Of a stretch of DNA of 64,000 nucleotides, positions 37,301 through 52,300 are shown in pieces (the first letter of the stretch is position 1; each line of letters begins with the position of its first letter). The DNA is from Eledone cirrhosa (Eukaryota): contig OZ024742.1 of assembly GCA_964016885.1 (NCBI GenBank), positions 167,152,001 to 167,216,000 of the forward strand, given 5' to 3'. A program made the position numbers and the translations under genes. The notes under the pieces were generated by a model. It ran no database searches, was not told the DNA's origin, and saw only the letters and a program-made list of their open reading frames with translations.

Positions 37301-40300
37301 AAAAATCAAGGGGAGATAATATGCAGCCGTCCAAGGGGAGATAATTTTCAGCCGTCCAAGGAGAGGTAATTTCTAGCCGTCCAAGGGGAGATAATTTCCA
37401 GCCGTCCAAGGGGAGATAATTTCAAGCCGTCCAAGGGGAGATAGTTTTTTTAAAAAAATCAGGCGGAGATAATTTGTAAAAAAAAAATCAGGGGGAGATA
37501 ATTTGTAAAAAAAAATCAGGGGGAGATAATTTGTAAAAAAAATCAAGGGGAGATAATTTCCAGCCGTCCAAGGGAAGATAATTTCAAGCCCTCCAAGGGG
37601 CTATAATTTCCAGTGTCCAAGGGGAGATAATTTCCAGCCAGCGAAGGGGAGATATTTTTTTTTTAAAAATCAGGGGGAGATATGTAAAAAAAATCAGAGG
37701 GAGATAATTTCTAAAAAAAATCAAAGGGAGATAATTTCCAGCCGTCCAAAGAGAGATAATTTCTAGCCGTCCAAGGGGAGATAATTTCCAGCCAAGGGGA
37801 GATAATTTCCAGCCGTCCAAGGGGAGATAATTATTTAAAAAATCAGGGGGAGATAATTTGTAAAAACAAAATCAAGGGCAGATAATTTCCAGCTGTCCAA
37901 GGGGAGATAATTTCCAGCCGTGCAAGGGGAGATAATTTCCAGCCGTCCAAGGGGAGATAATTTCCATCCTTCCAAGGGGAGATAATTTCCAGCCGTCCAA
38001 GGGGAGATAATTTCCCGCCAGCCAAGGGAAGATAATTTTTTAAAAAATCAGGCGGAGATTGTAAAAAAAATCAGGGGGAGATAATTTGTAAAAAAATCAG
38101 GGGGAGATAATTTGTAAAAAAAAAATCAGGGGAGATAATTTGTAAAAAAAAATCAGGGGGAGATAATTTGTAAAAAAAAAATCAGGGGGAGATAATTTGT
38201 AAAAAAAATCAGGGGTAGATAATTTGTAAAAAAAAATCAGGGGGAGATAATTTGTAAAAAAAAATCAGTGGGAGATAATTTGTAAAAAAATCAAGGGGAG
38301 ATAATTTCCAGCCGTCGAAGGGAAGATAATTTCCAGCCCTCCAAGGGGCTATAATTTCCAGCGTCCAAGGGGAGATAATTTCCAGCCAGCGAAGGGGAGA
38401 TAATTTTTTTTAAAAAATCATTGGGAGATTTGTAAAAAAAATCAGGGAGAGATAATTTGTAAAAAAAATCAAGGGGAGATAATTTCCAGCCGTCCAAGGG
38501 GAGGTAATATCTAGCCGTCCAAGGGGAGATAATTTCCAGCCGTCCAAGGGGAGATAATTTCCAGCCGTCCAAGGGTAGATAATATCCAGCCGTCCAAGTA
38601 GACATTTTCCAGCCGTCCAAGGAGAGGTAATTTCTAGCCGTCCAAGGGGAGATAAATTCCAGCCTCCAAGGGGAGATAATTTCCAGCCAGCCAAGGGGAG
38701 ATAATTTGTAAAAAAATCAGGGGGAGATAATTTGTAAAAAAATCAGGGGGAGATAATTTGTAAAAAAAAATCAGGGGGAGATAATTTGTAAAAAAAAATC
38801 AGGGGGAGATAATTTGTAAAAAAAAATCAGGGGGAGATAATTTGTAAAAAAAATCAAGGGGAGATAATTTCCAGCCGTCCAAGGGGAGATAATTTCCATC
38901 CTTCCAAGGGGAGATAATTTCCAGCCGTCCAAGGGGAGATAATTTCCCGCCAGCCAAGGGAAGATAATTTTTAAAAAAATCAGGCGGAGATTGTAAAAAA
39001 AATCAGGGGGAGATAATTTGTAAAAAAATCAGGGGGAGATAATTTGTAAAAAAAAAATCAGGGGGAGACAATTTGTAAAAAAAATCAGGGGGAAATAATT
39101 TGTAAAAAAAAATCAAGGGGAGATAATTTGTACAAAAAATCAGGGGTATATAATTTGTAAAAAAAAATCAGGGGGAGATAATTTGTAAAAAAAAATCAGG
39201 GGGAGATAATTTGTAAAAAAAATCAAGGGGAGATAATTTGCAGCCGTCCAAGGGGAGATAATTTTCAGCCGTCCAAGGAGAGGTAATTTCTAGCCGTCCA
39301 AGGTGAGATAATATCCAGCCGTCCAAGGGGAGATAATTTCCAGCCGTCCAAGGGGAGATAATTTTTAAAAAAAAACAGGCGAAGATAATTTGTAAAAAAA
39401 AAATCAGGGGGAGATAATTTGTAAAAAAAAATCAGGGGGAGATAATTTGTAAAAAAAAATCAGGGGGAGGTAATTTGTAAAAAAAATCAAGGGGAGATAA
39501 TTTCCAGCCGTCCAAGGGAAGATAATTTCCAGCCCTCCAAGGGGCTATAATTTCCAGCGTCCAAGGGGAGATAATTTCCAGCCAGCGAAGGGGAGATAAT
39601 TGTTTTAAAAAAATCATTGGGAGATTTGTAAAAAAAATCAGGGGGAGATAATTAATAAAAAAAGTCAAGGGGAGATAATTTCCAGCCGCCCAAGGGGAGG
39701 TAATATCTAGCCGTCCAAGGGGAGATAATTTCCAGCCGTCCAAGGGGAGATAATTTCCAGCCGTCCAAGGGTAGATAATATCCAGCCGTCCAAGGAGACA
39801 TATTTTCCAGCCGTCCAAGGAGAGGTAATTTCTAGCCGTCCAAGGGGAGATAAATTCCAGCCTCCAAGGGGAGATAATTTCCAGCCAGCCAAGGGGAGAT
39901 AATTTGTAAAAAAATCAGGGGGAGATAATTTGTAAAAAAAATCAGGGGTAGATAATTTGTAAAAAAAAATCAGGGGGAGATAATTTGTAAAAAAAAATCA
40001 GGGGGAGATAATTTGTAAAAAAAATCAAGGGGAGAAAATTTCCAGCCGTCCAAGGGGAGATAATTTTCAGCCGTCCAAGGGGAGATAATTTCCAGCCGTC
40101 CAAGGGGAGATAATTTCCATCCTTCCAAGGGGAGATAATTTCCAGCCGTCCAAGGGGAGATAATTTTCAGTCGTCCAAGGGGAGATAATTTCCCGCCAGC
40201 CAAGGGAAGATAATATTTTAAAAAATCAGGCGGAGATAATTTGTAAAAAAAATCAGGGGGAGATAATTTGTAAAAAAATCAGGGGGAGATAATTTGTAAA

Positions 40301-43300
40301 AAAAAAATCAGGGGGAGATAATTTGTAAAAAAAATCAGGGGGAGATAATTTGTAAAAAAAAAATCAGGGGTAGATAATTTGTAAAAAAAAATCAGGGGGA
40401 GATAATTTGTAAAAAAAAAATCAGGGGGAGATAATTTGTAAAAAAAATCAGGGGGAGATAATTTGTAAAAAAAAATCAGGGGGAGATAATTTCCAGCCGT
40501 CCAAGGGGAGATAATTTTCAGCCGTCCAAGGGGAGATAATTTCCCGCCAGCCAAGGGAAGATAATATTTAAAAAAATCAGGCGGAGATAATTTGTAAAAA
40601 AAATCAGGGGGAGATAATTTGTAAAAAAATCAGGGGGAGATAATTTGTAAAAAAAATCAAGGGGAGATAATTTCCAGCCGTCCAAGGGGAGGTAATATCT
40701 AGCCGTCCAAGGGGAGATAATTTCCAGCCGTCCAAGAGGAGATAATTTCCAGCCGTCCAAGGGTAGATAATATCCAGCCGTCCAAGGAGACATATTTTCC
40801 AGCCGTCCAAGGAGAGGTAATTTCTAGCCGTCCAAGGGGAGATAAATTCCAGCCTCCAAAGGGAGATAATTTCCAGCCAGCCAAGGGGAGATAATTTGTA
40901 AAAAAAATCAAGGGGAGATAATTTGTAAAAAAAATCAGGGGGAGATAATTTGTAAAAAAAAATCAGGGGGAGATAATTTGTAAAAAAAATCAGGGGGAGA
41001 TAATTTGTAAAAAAAAATCAAGGGGAGATAATTTCCAGCCGTCCAAGGGGAGATAATTTCCCGCCAGCCAAGGGAAGATAATATTTAAAAAATCAGGCGG
41101 AGATAATTTGTAAAAAAAATCAGGGGGAGATAATTTGTAAAAAAAAAATCAGGGGGAGATAATTTGTAAAAGAAATCAGGGGGAGATGATTTGTAAAAAA
41201 AAATCAGGGGTAGATAATTTGTAAAAAAAAATCAGGGGGAGATAATTTGTAAAAAAAAATCAGGGGGAGATAATTTGTAAAAAAAAATCAGTGGGAGATA
41301 ATTTGTAAAAAAATCAAGGGGAGATAATATGCAGCCGTCCAAGGGGAGATAATTTTCAGCCGTCCAAGGAGAGTTAATTTCTAGCCGTCCAAGGGGAGAT
41401 AATTTCCAGCCGTCCAAGGGGAGATAATTTCCAGCCGTCCAAGGGGAGATAGTTTTTTTAAAAAAATCAGGCGGAGATAATTTGTAAAAAAAAAATCAGG
41501 GGGAGATAATTTGTAAAAAAAAATCAGGGGGAGATAATTTGTAAAAAAAAATCAAGGGGAGATAATTTGTAAAAAAAATCAGGGGGAGATAATTAGTAAA
41601 AAAATCAAGGGGAGATAATTTCCAGCCGTCCAAGGGGAGGTAATATCTAGCCGTCCAAGGGGAGATAATTTCCAGCCGTCCAAGGGGAGATAATTTCCAG
41701 CCGTCCAAGGGTAGATAATATCCAGCCGTCCAAGTAGACATATTTTCCAGCCGTCCAAGGAGAGGTAATTTCTAGCCGTCCAAGGGGAGATAAATTCTAG
41801 CCTCCAAGGGGAGATAATTTCCAGCCAGCCAAGGGGAGATAATTTGTAAAAAAATCAGGGGGAGATAATTTGTAAAAAAAATCAGGGGGAGATAATTTGT
41901 AAAAAAAAATCAGGGGGAGATAATTTGTAAAAAAAATCAGGGGGAGATAATTTGTAAAAAAAAATCAGGGGGAGATAATTTGTAAAAAAAATCAAGGGGA
42001 GATAATTTCCAGCCGTCCAAGGGGAGATAATTTCCAGCCGTCCAAGGGGAGGTAATATCTAGCCGTCCAAGGGGAGATAATTTCCAGCCGTCCAAGAGGA
42101 GATAATTTCCAGCCGTCCAAGGGAAGATAATTTCAAGCCCTCCAAGGGGCTATAATTTCCAGTGTCCAAGGGGAGATAATTTCCAGCCAGCGAAGGGGAG
42201 ATAATTTTTTTTTAAAAATCAGGGGGAGATTTGTAAAAAAAATCAGGGGGAGATAATTTGTAAAAAAAATCAAGGGGAGATAATTTCCAGCCGTCGAAGG
42301 GAAGATAATTTCCAGCCCTCCAAGGGGCTATAATTTCCAGCGTCCAAGGGGAGATAATTTCCAGCCAGCGAAGGGGAGATAATTTTTTTAAAAAAATCAT
42401 TGGGAGATTTGTAAAAAAAATCAGGGAGAGACAATTTGTAAAAAAAATCAAGGGGAGATAATTTCCAGCCGTCCAAGGGGAGGTAATATCTAGCCGTCCA
42501 AGGGGAGATAATTTCCAGCCGTCCAAGGGGAGATAATTTCCAGCCGTCCAAGGGTAGATAATATCCAGCCGTCCAAGTAGACATTTTCCAGCCGTCCAAG
42601 GAGAGGTAATTTCTAGCCGTCCAAGGGGAGATAAATTCCAGCCTCCAAGGGGAGATAATTTCCAGCCAGCCAAGGGGAGATAATTTGTAAAAAAAATCAG
42701 GGGGAGATAATTTGTAAAAAAAAATCAGGGGGAGATAATTTGTAAAAAAAAATCAGGGGGAGATAATTTGTAAAAAAAAATCAGGGGGAGATAATTTGTA
42801 AAAAAAATCAAGGGGAGATAATTTCCAGCCGTCCAAGGGGAGATAATTTTCAGCCGTCCAAGGGGAGATAATTTCCAGCCGTCCAAGGGGAGATAATTTC
42901 CATCCTTCCAAGGGGAGATAATTTCCAGCCGTCCAAGGGGAGATAATTTCCCGCCAACCAAGGGAAGATAATTTTTAAAAAAATCAGGCGGAGATTGTAA
43001 AAAAAATCAGGGGGAGATAATTTGTAAAAAAAAAATCAGGGGGAGATAATTTGTAAAAAAAATCAGGGGGAGATAATTTGTAAAAAAAAATCAAGGGGAG
43101 ATAATTTGTACAAAAAATCAGGGGTATATAATTTGTAAAAAAAAATCAGGGGGAGATAATTTGTAAAAAAAAATCAGGGGGAGATAATTTGTAAAAAAAA
43201 TCAAGGGGAGATAATTTGCAGCCGTCCAAGGGGAGATAATTTTCAGCCGTCCAAGGAGAGGTAATTTCTAGTCGTCCAAGGTGAGATAATATCCAGCCGT

Positions 43301-46300
43301 CCAAGGGGAGATAATTTCCAGCCGTCCAAGGGGAGATAATTTTTTAAAAAAAACAGGCGAAGATAATTTGTAAAAAAAAAATCAGGGGGAGATAATTTGT
43401 AAAAAAAAATCAGGGGGAGATAATTTGTAAAAAAAAATCAGGGGGAGGTAATTTGTGAAAAAAAATCAAGGGGAGATAATTTCCAGCCGTCCAAGGGAAG
43501 ATAATTTCCAGCCCTCCAAGGGGCTATAATTTCCAGCGTCCAAGGGGAGATAATTTCCAGCCAGCGAAGGGGAGATAATTTTTTTTTTTTAAATCAGGGG
43601 GAGATAATTTGTAAAAAAAAATCAGGGGGAGATAATTTCCAGCCGTCCAAGGGGAGATAATTTTCAGCCGTCCAAGGGGAGATAATTTTCAGCCGTCCAA
43701 GGGGAGATAATTTCCCGCCAGCCAAGGAAAGATAATATTTAAAAAAATCAGGCGGAGATAATTTGTAAAAAAAAATCAGGGGGAGATAATTTGTAAAAAA
43801 AATCAATTGGAGATAATTTCCAGCCGTCCAAGGGGAGATAATTTTCAGCCGTCCAAGGGGAGGTAATTTCTAGACGTCCAAGGGGAGATAATTTCCAGCC
43901 GTCCAAGGGGAGATAATTTCCAGCCGTCCAAGGGTAGATAATATCCAGCCGTCCAAGGAGACATATTTTCCAGCTTTCCAAGGAGAGGTAATTTCTAGCC
44001 GTCCAAGGGGAGATAAATTCCAGCCTCCAAGGGGAGATAATTTCCAGCCAGCCAAGGGGAGATAATTTGTAAAAAAATCAGGGGGAGATAATTTGTAAAA
44101 AAAAATCAGGGGCAGATAATTTGTAAAAAAAATCAGGGGGAGATAATTTGTAAAAAATATCAGGGGGAGATAATTTGTAAAAAAAATCAAGGGGAGATAA
44201 TTTCCAGCCGTCCAAGGGGAGATAATTTTCAGCCGTCCAAGGGGAGATAATTTCCCGCCAGCCAAGGGAAGATAATATTTAAAAAATAAGGCGGAGATAA
44301 TTTGTAAAAAAAATCAGGGGGAGATAATTTGTAAAAAAATCAGGGGGAGATAATTTGTAAAAAAAAAATCAGGGAGAGATAATTTGTAAAAAAAATCAGG
44401 GGGAGATAATTTGTAAAAAAAAATCAGGGGTAGATAATTTGTAAAAAAAAATCAGGGGGAGATAATTTGTAAAAAAAATCAGGGGGAGATAATTTGTAAA
44501 AAAAATCAAGGGGAGATAATTTCCAGCCGTCCAAGGGAAGATAATTTCAAGCCCTCCAAGGGGCTATAATTTCCAGTGTCCAAGGGGAGATAATTTCCAG
44601 CCAGCGAAGGGGAGATAATTTTTTTTTTTAAATCAGTGGGAGATTTGTACAAAAAATCAGGGGGAGATAATTTGTAAAAAAAATCAAAGGGAGATAATTT
44701 CCAGCCGTCCAAAGAGAGATAATTTCTAGCCGTCCAAGGGGAGATAATTTCGAGCCAAGGGGAGATAATTTCCAGCCGTCCAAGGGGAGATAATTTTTTA
44801 AAAAATCAGGTGGAGATAATTTGTAAAAAAAATCAGGGGGAGATAATTTGTAAAAACAAAATCAAGGGCAGATAATTTCCAGCTGTCCAAGGGGAGATAA
44901 TTTCCAGCCGTGCAAGGGGAGATAATTTCCAGCCGTCCAAGGGGAGATAATTTCCATCCTTCCAAGGGGAGATAATTTCCAGCCGTCCAAGGGGAGATAA
45001 TTTCCCGCCAGCCAAGGGAAGATAATTTTTTAAAAAATCAGGCGGAGATTGTAAAAAAAATCAGGGGGAGATAATTTGTAAAAAAATCAGGGGGAGATAA
45101 TTTGTAAAAAAATCAAGGGGAGATAATTTCCAGCTGTCCAAGGGGAGGTAATATCTAGCCGTCCAAGGGGAGGTAATATCTAGCCGTCAAGGGGAGATAA
45201 TTTCCAGCCGTCCAAGGGTAGATAATATCCAGCCGTCCAAGGAGACATATTTTCCAGCCGTCCAAGGAGAGGTAATTTCTAGCCGTCCAAGTGGAGATAA
45301 ATTCCAGCCTCCAAGGGGAGATAATTTCCAGCCAGCCAAGGGGAGATAATTTGTAAAAAATTCAGGGGGAGATAATTTGTAAAAAAAATCAGGGGGAGAT
45401 AATTTGTAAAAAAAAATCAGGGGGAGATAATTTGTAAAAAAAATCAGGGGGAGATAATTTGTAAAAAAAATCAAGGGGAGATAATTTCCAGCCGTCCAAG
45501 GAGAGATAATTTAAAAAAAAAATCAGGCGGAGATAATTTGTAAAAAAAAATCAGGGGGAGATAATTTGTAAAAAAAAATCAGGGGGAGATAATTTGTAAA
45601 AAAAATCAAGGGGAGATAATTTCCAGCCGTCCAAGGGGAGATAATTTTCAGCCGTCCAAGGGGAGATAATTTCCAGCCGTCCAAGGGGAGATAATTTAAA
45701 AAAAAAATCAGGCGGAGATAATTTGTAAAAAAAATCAAGGGGAGATAATTTGCAACCGTCCAAGGGGACATAATTTTCAGTCGTCCAAGGAGAGGTAATT
45801 TCTAGCCGTACAAGGGGAGATAATTTCCAGCCGTCCAAGGGGAGATAATTTCCAGCCGTCCAAGGGGAGATAATTTTTTTTTAAAAATCAGGGGGAGATA
45901 ATTTGTAAAAAAAAATCAGGGGGAGATAATTTGTAAAAAAAAATCAGGGGGAGATAATTTGTAAAAAAAATCAAGGGGAGATAATTTCCAGCCGTCCAAG
46001 GGAAGATAATTTCCAGCCCTCCAAGGGGCTATAATTTCCAGCGTCCAAGGGGAGATAATTTCCAGCCAGCGAAGGGGAGATAATTGTTTTAAAAAAATCA
46101 TTGGGAGATTTGTAAAAAAAATCAGGGGGAGATAATTAATAAAAAAAATCAAGGGGAGATAATTTCCAGCCGTCCAAGGGGAGGTAATATCTAGCCGTCC
46201 AAGGGGAGATAATTTCCAGCCGTCCAAGGGAGATAATTTCCAGCCGTCCAAGGGTAGATAATATCCAGCCGTCCAAGGAGACATATTTTCCAGCCGTCCA

Positions 46301-49300
46301 AGGAGAGGTAATTTCTAGCCGTCCAAGGGGAGATAAATTCCAGCCTCCAAGGGGAGATAATTTCCAGCCAGCCAAGGGGAGATAATTTGTAAAAAAATCA
46401 GGGGGAGATAATTTGTAAAATAAATCAGGGGTAGATAATTTGTAAAAAAAAATCAGGGGGAGATAATTTGTAAAAAAAAATCAGGGGGAGATAATATGTA
46501 AAAAAAATCAAGGGGAGATAATTTCCAGCCGTCCAAGGAGAGATAATTTAAAAAAAAAATCAGGCGGAGATAATTTGTAAAAAAAAATCAGGGGGAGATA
46601 ATTTGTAAAAAAAAATCAGGGGGAGATAATTTGTAAAAAAAATCAAGGGGAGATAATTTCCAGCCGTCCAAGGGGAGATAATTTCCAGCCGTCCAAGGGG
46701 AAATAATTTTTTTAAAAAAATCAGGCGGAGATAATTTGTAAAAAAAATCAGGGGGAGATAATTTGTAAAAAAAAATCAGGGGGAGATAATTTGTAAAAAA
46801 AAAATCAGGGGGAGATAATTTCCAGCCGTCCAAGGTAAGATAATTTCCAGCCCTCCAAGGGGCTATAATTTCCAGCATCCAAGGGGAGATAATTTCCAGC
46901 CGTCCAATGGTAGATAATATCCAGCCGTCCAAGTAGACATTTTCCAGCCGTCCAAGGAGAGGTAATTTCTAGCCGTCCAAGGGGAGATAAATTCCAGCCT
47001 CCAAGGGGAGATAATTTCCAGCCAGCCAAGGGGAGATAATTTGTAAAAAAATCAGGGGGAGATAATTTGTAAAAAAAATCAGGGGGAGATAATTTGTAAA
47101 AACAAAATCAAGGGCAGATAATTTCCAGCTGTCCAAGGGGAGATAATTTCCAGCCGTGCAAGGGGAGATAATTTCCAGCCGTCCAAGGGGAGATAATTTC
47201 CATCCTTCCAAGGGGAGATAATCTCCAGCCGTCCAAGGGGAGATAATTTCCAGCCAGCCAAGGGAAGATAATTTTTAAAAAAATCAGGCGGAGATTGTAA
47301 AAAAAATCAGGGGGAGATAATTTGTAAAAAAATCAGGGGGAGATAATTTGTAAAAAAAAAATCAGGGGAGATAATTTGTAAAAAAAAATCAGGGGGAGAT
47401 AATTTGTAAAAAAAAAATCAGGGGGAGATAATTTGTAAAAAATAATCAGGGGTAGATAATTTGTAAAAAAAAATCAGGGGGAGATAATTTGTAAAAAAAA
47501 ATCAGGGGGAGATAATTTGTAAAAAAATCAACGGGAGATAATATGCAGCCGTCCAAGGGGAGATAATTTTCAGCCGTCCAAGGAGAGGTAATTTCTAGCC
47601 GTCCAAGGGGAGATAATTTCCAGCCGTCCAAGGGGAGATAATTTCAAGCCGTCCAAGGGGAGATAGTTTTTTTAAAAAAATCAGGCGGAGATAATTTGTA
47701 AAAAAAAAATCAGGGGGAGATAATTTGTAAAAAAAAATCAGGGGGAGATAATTTGTAAAAAAAATCAGGGGGAGATAATTTGTAAAAAAAATCAAGGGGA
47801 GATAATTTCCAGCCGTCCAAGGGAAGATAATTTCAAGCTCTCCAAGGGGCTATAATTTCCAGTGTCCAAGGGGAGATAATTTCCAGCCAGCGAAGGGGAG
47901 ATATTTTTTTTTTAAAAATCAGGGGGAGATTTGTAAAAAAAATCAGGGGGAGATAATTTGCAAAAAAAATCAAAGGGAGATAATTTCCAGCCGTCCAAAG
48001 AGAGATAATTTCTAGCCGTCCAAGGGGAGATAATTTCGAGCCAAGGGGAGATAATTTCCAGCCGTCCAAGGGGAGATAATTTTTTAAAAAATCAGGTGGA
48101 GATAATTTGTAAAAAAAATCAGGGGGAGATAATTTGTAAAAACAAAATCAAGGGCAGATAATTTCCAGCTGTCCAAGGGGAGATAATTTCCAGCCGTGCA
48201 AGGGGAGATAATTTCCAGCCGTCCAAAGGGAGATAATTTCCATCCTTCCAAGGGGAGATAATTTCCAGCCGTCCAAGGGGAGATAATTTCCCGCCAGCCA
48301 AGAGAAGATAATTTTTTAAAAAATCAGGCGGAGATTGTAAAAAAAATCAGCGGGAGATAATTTGTAAAAAAATCAGGGGGAGATAATTTGTAAAAAAATC
48401 AAGGGGAGATAATTTCCAGCTCTCCAAGGGGAGGTAATATCTAGCCGTCCAAGGGGAGATAATTTCCAGCCGTCCAAGGGGAGATAATTTCCAGCCGTCC
48501 AAGGGTAGATAATATCCAGCCGTCCAAGGAGACATATTTTCCAGCCGTCCAAGGAGAGGTAATTTCTAGCCGTCCAAGTGGAGATAAATTCCAGCCTCCA
48601 AGGGGAGATAATTTCCAGCCAGCCAAGGGGAGATAATTTGTAAAAAAATCAGGGGGAGATAATTTGTAAAAAAAATCAGGGGGAGATAATTTGTACAAAA
48701 AATCAGGGGTAGATAATTTGTAAAAAAAATCAGGGGGAGATAATTTGTAAAAAAAATCAAGGGGAGATAATTTGCAGCCGTCCAAGGGGAGATAATTTTC
48801 AGCCGTCCAAGGAGAGGTAATTTCTAGCCGTCCAAGGTGAGATAATATCCAGCCGTCCAAGGGGAGATAATTTCCAGCCGTCCAAGGGGAGATAATTTTT
48901 AAAAAAAAACAGGCGGAGATAATTTGTAAAAAAAAAATCAGGGTGAGATAATTTGTAAAAAAAAATCAGGGGGAGATAATTTGTAAAAAAAAATCAGGGG
49001 GAGGTAATTTATAAAAAAAATCAAGGGGAGATAATTTCCAGCCGTCCAAGGGAAGATAATTTCCAGCCCTCCAAGGGGCTATAATTTCCAGCGTCCAAGG
49101 GGAGATAATTTCCAGCCAGCGAAGGGGAGATAATTTTTTTTTTTTTAAATCAGGGGGACATAATTTGTAAAAAAAATAAGGGGGAGATAATCTGTAAAAA
49201 AAATCAAGGGGAGATAATTTGTAAAAAAATCAGGGGGAGATAATTTGTAAAAAAAAATCAGGGGGAGATAATTTGTAAAAAAAATCAAGGGGAGATAATT

Positions 49301-52300
49301 TGTAAAAAAAATCAAGGGGAGATAATTTCCAGCCGTCCAAGGGGAGATAATTTTCAGCCGTCCAAGGGGAGATAATTTCCCGCCAGCCAAGGGAAGATAA
49401 TATTTAAAAAAATCAGGCGGAGATAATTTGTAAAAAAAATCAGGGGGAGATAATTTGTAAAAAAATCAGGGGGAGATAATTTGTAAAAAAAAAATCAGGG
49501 GGAGATTTGTAAAAAAAATCAGGGGGAGATAATTTGTAAAAAAAAATCAGGGGTAGATAATTTGTAAAAAAAAATCAGGGGGAGATAATTTGTAAAAAAA
49601 AATCAGGGGGAGATAATTTGTAAAAAAAAATCAATTGGAGATAATTTCCAGCCGTCCAAGGGGAGATAATTTTCAGCCGTCCAAGGAGAGGTAATTTCTA
49701 GACGTCCAAGGGGAGATAATTTCCAGCCGTCCAATGGGAGATAATTTCCAGCCGTCCAAGGGGAGATAATTTTTAAAAAAAAATCAGGCGGAGATAATTT
49801 GTAAAAAAAATCTAGGGGAGATAATTTGCAGCCGTCCAAGGGGAGATAATTTTCAGTCGTCCAAGGAGAGGTAATTTCTAGCCGTCCAAGGGGAGATAAT
49901 TTCCAGCCGTCAAAGGGGAGATAATTTCCAGCCGTCCAAGGGGAGATAATTTTTTTAAAAAAATCAGGCGGAGATAATTTGTAAAAAAATCAGGGGGAGA
50001 TAATTTGTAAAAAAAAATCAGGGGGAGATAATTTGTAAAAAAAAATCAGGGGGAGATAATTTGTAAAAAAAATCAAGGAGAGATAATTTCCAGCCGTCCA
50101 AGGGAAGATAATTTCAAGCCCTCCAAGGGGCTATAATTTCCAGTGTCCAAGGGGAGATAATTTCCAGCCAGCGAAGGGGAGATAATTTTTTTTTAAAAAT
50201 CAGGGGGAGATTTGTAAAAAAAATCAAGGGGAGATAATTTGTAAAAAAATCAGGGGGAGATAATTTGTAAAAAAAAAATCAGGGGGAGATAATTTGTAAA
50301 AAAAATCAGGGGGAGATAATTTGTAAAAAAAAATCAGGGGTAGATAATTTGTAAAAAAAAATCAGGGGGAGATAATTTGTAAAAAAAAAATCAGGGGGAG
50401 ATAATTTGTAAAAAAAATCAAGGGGAGATAATTTCCAGCCGTCCAAGGAGAGATAATTTTTAAAAAAAATCAGGCGGAGATAATTTGTAAAAAAAAATCA
50501 GGGGGAGATAATTTGTAAAAAAAATCAAGGGGAGATAATTTCCAGCCGTCCAAGGGAAGATAATTTCAAGCCCTCCAAGGGGCTATAATTTCCAGTGTCC
50601 AAGGGGAGATAATTTCCAGCCAGCGAAGGGGAGATAATTTTTTAAAAAAAATCAGGGGGAGATATGTAAAAAAAATCAGAGGGAGATAATTTCTAAAAAA
50701 AATCAAAGGGAGATAATTTCCAGCCGTCCAAAGAGAGATAATTTCTAGCCGTCCAAGGGGAGATAATTTCCAGCCAAGGGGAGATAATTTCCAGCCGTCC
50801 AAAGGGGAGATAATTTTTTAAAAAATCAGGTGGAGATAATTTGTAAAAAAAATCAGGGGGAGATAATTTGTAAAAACAAAATCAAGGGCAGATAATTTCC
50901 AGCTGTCCAAGGGGAGATAATTTCCAGCCGTGCAAGGGGAGATAATTTCCAGCCGTCCAAGGGGAGATAATTTCCATCCTTCCAAGGGGAGATAATCTCC
51001 AGCCGTCCAAGGGGAGATAATTTCCCGCCAGCCAAGGGAAGATAATTTTTAAAAAAATCAGGCGGAGATTGTAAAAAAAATCAGGGGGAGATAATTTGTA
51101 AAAAAATCAGGGGGAGATAATTTGTAAAAAAAAAATCAGGGGAGATAATTTGTAAAAAAAAATCAGGGGGAGATAATTTGTAAAAAAAAAATCAGGGGGA
51201 GATAATTTGTAAAAAATAATCAGGGGTAGATAATTTGTAAAAAAAAATCAGGGGGAGATAATTTGTAAAAAAAAATCAGGGGGAGATAATTTGTAAAAAA
51301 ATCAAGGGGAGATAATATGCAGCCGTCCAAGGGGAGATAATTTTCAGCCGTCCAAGGAGAGGTAATTTCTAGCCGTCCAAGGGGAGATAATTTCCAGCCG
51401 TCCAAGGGGAGATAATTTCAAGCCGTCCAAGGGGAGATAGTTTTTTTAAAAAAATCAGGCGGAGATAATTTGTAAAAAAAAAATCAGGGGGAGATAATTT
51501 GTAAAAAAAAATCAGGGGGAGATAATTTGTAAAAAAAATCAAGGGGAGATAATTTCCAGCCGTCCAAGGGAAGATAATTTCAAGCCCTCCAAGGGGCTAT
51601 AATTTCCAGTGTCCAAGGGGAGATAATTTCCAGCCAGCGAAGGGGAGATATTTTTTTTTTAAAAATCAGGGGGAGATATGTAAAAAAAATCAGAGGGAGA
51701 TAATTTCTAAAAAAAATCAAAGGGAGATAATTTCCAGCCGTCCAAAGAGAGATAATTTCTAGCCGTCCAAGGGGAGATAATTTCCAGCCAAGGGGAGATA
51801 ATTTCCAGCCGTCCAAGGGGAGATAATTATTTAAAAAATCAGGGGGAGATAATTTGTAAAAACAAAATCAAGGGCAGATAATTTCCAGCTGTCCAAGGGG
51901 AGATAATTTCCAGCCGTGCAAGGGGAGATAATTTCCAGCCGTCCAAGGGGAGATAATTTCCATCCTTCCAAGGGGAGATAATTTCCAGCCGTCCAAGGGG
52001 AGATAATTTCCCGCCAGCCAAGGGAAGATAATTTTTTAAAAAATCAGGCGGAGATTGTAAAAAAAATCAGGGGGAGATAATTTGTAAAAAAATCAGGGGG
52101 AGATAATTTGTAAAAAAAAAATCAGGGGAGATAATTTGTAAAAAAAAATCAGGGGGAGATAATTTGTAAAAAAAAAATCAGGGGGAGATAATTTGTAAAA
52201 AAAATCAGGGGTAGATAATTTGTAAAAAAAAATCAGGGGGAGATAATTTGTAAAAAAAAATCAGTGGGAGATAATTTGTAAAAAAATCAAGGGGAGATAA

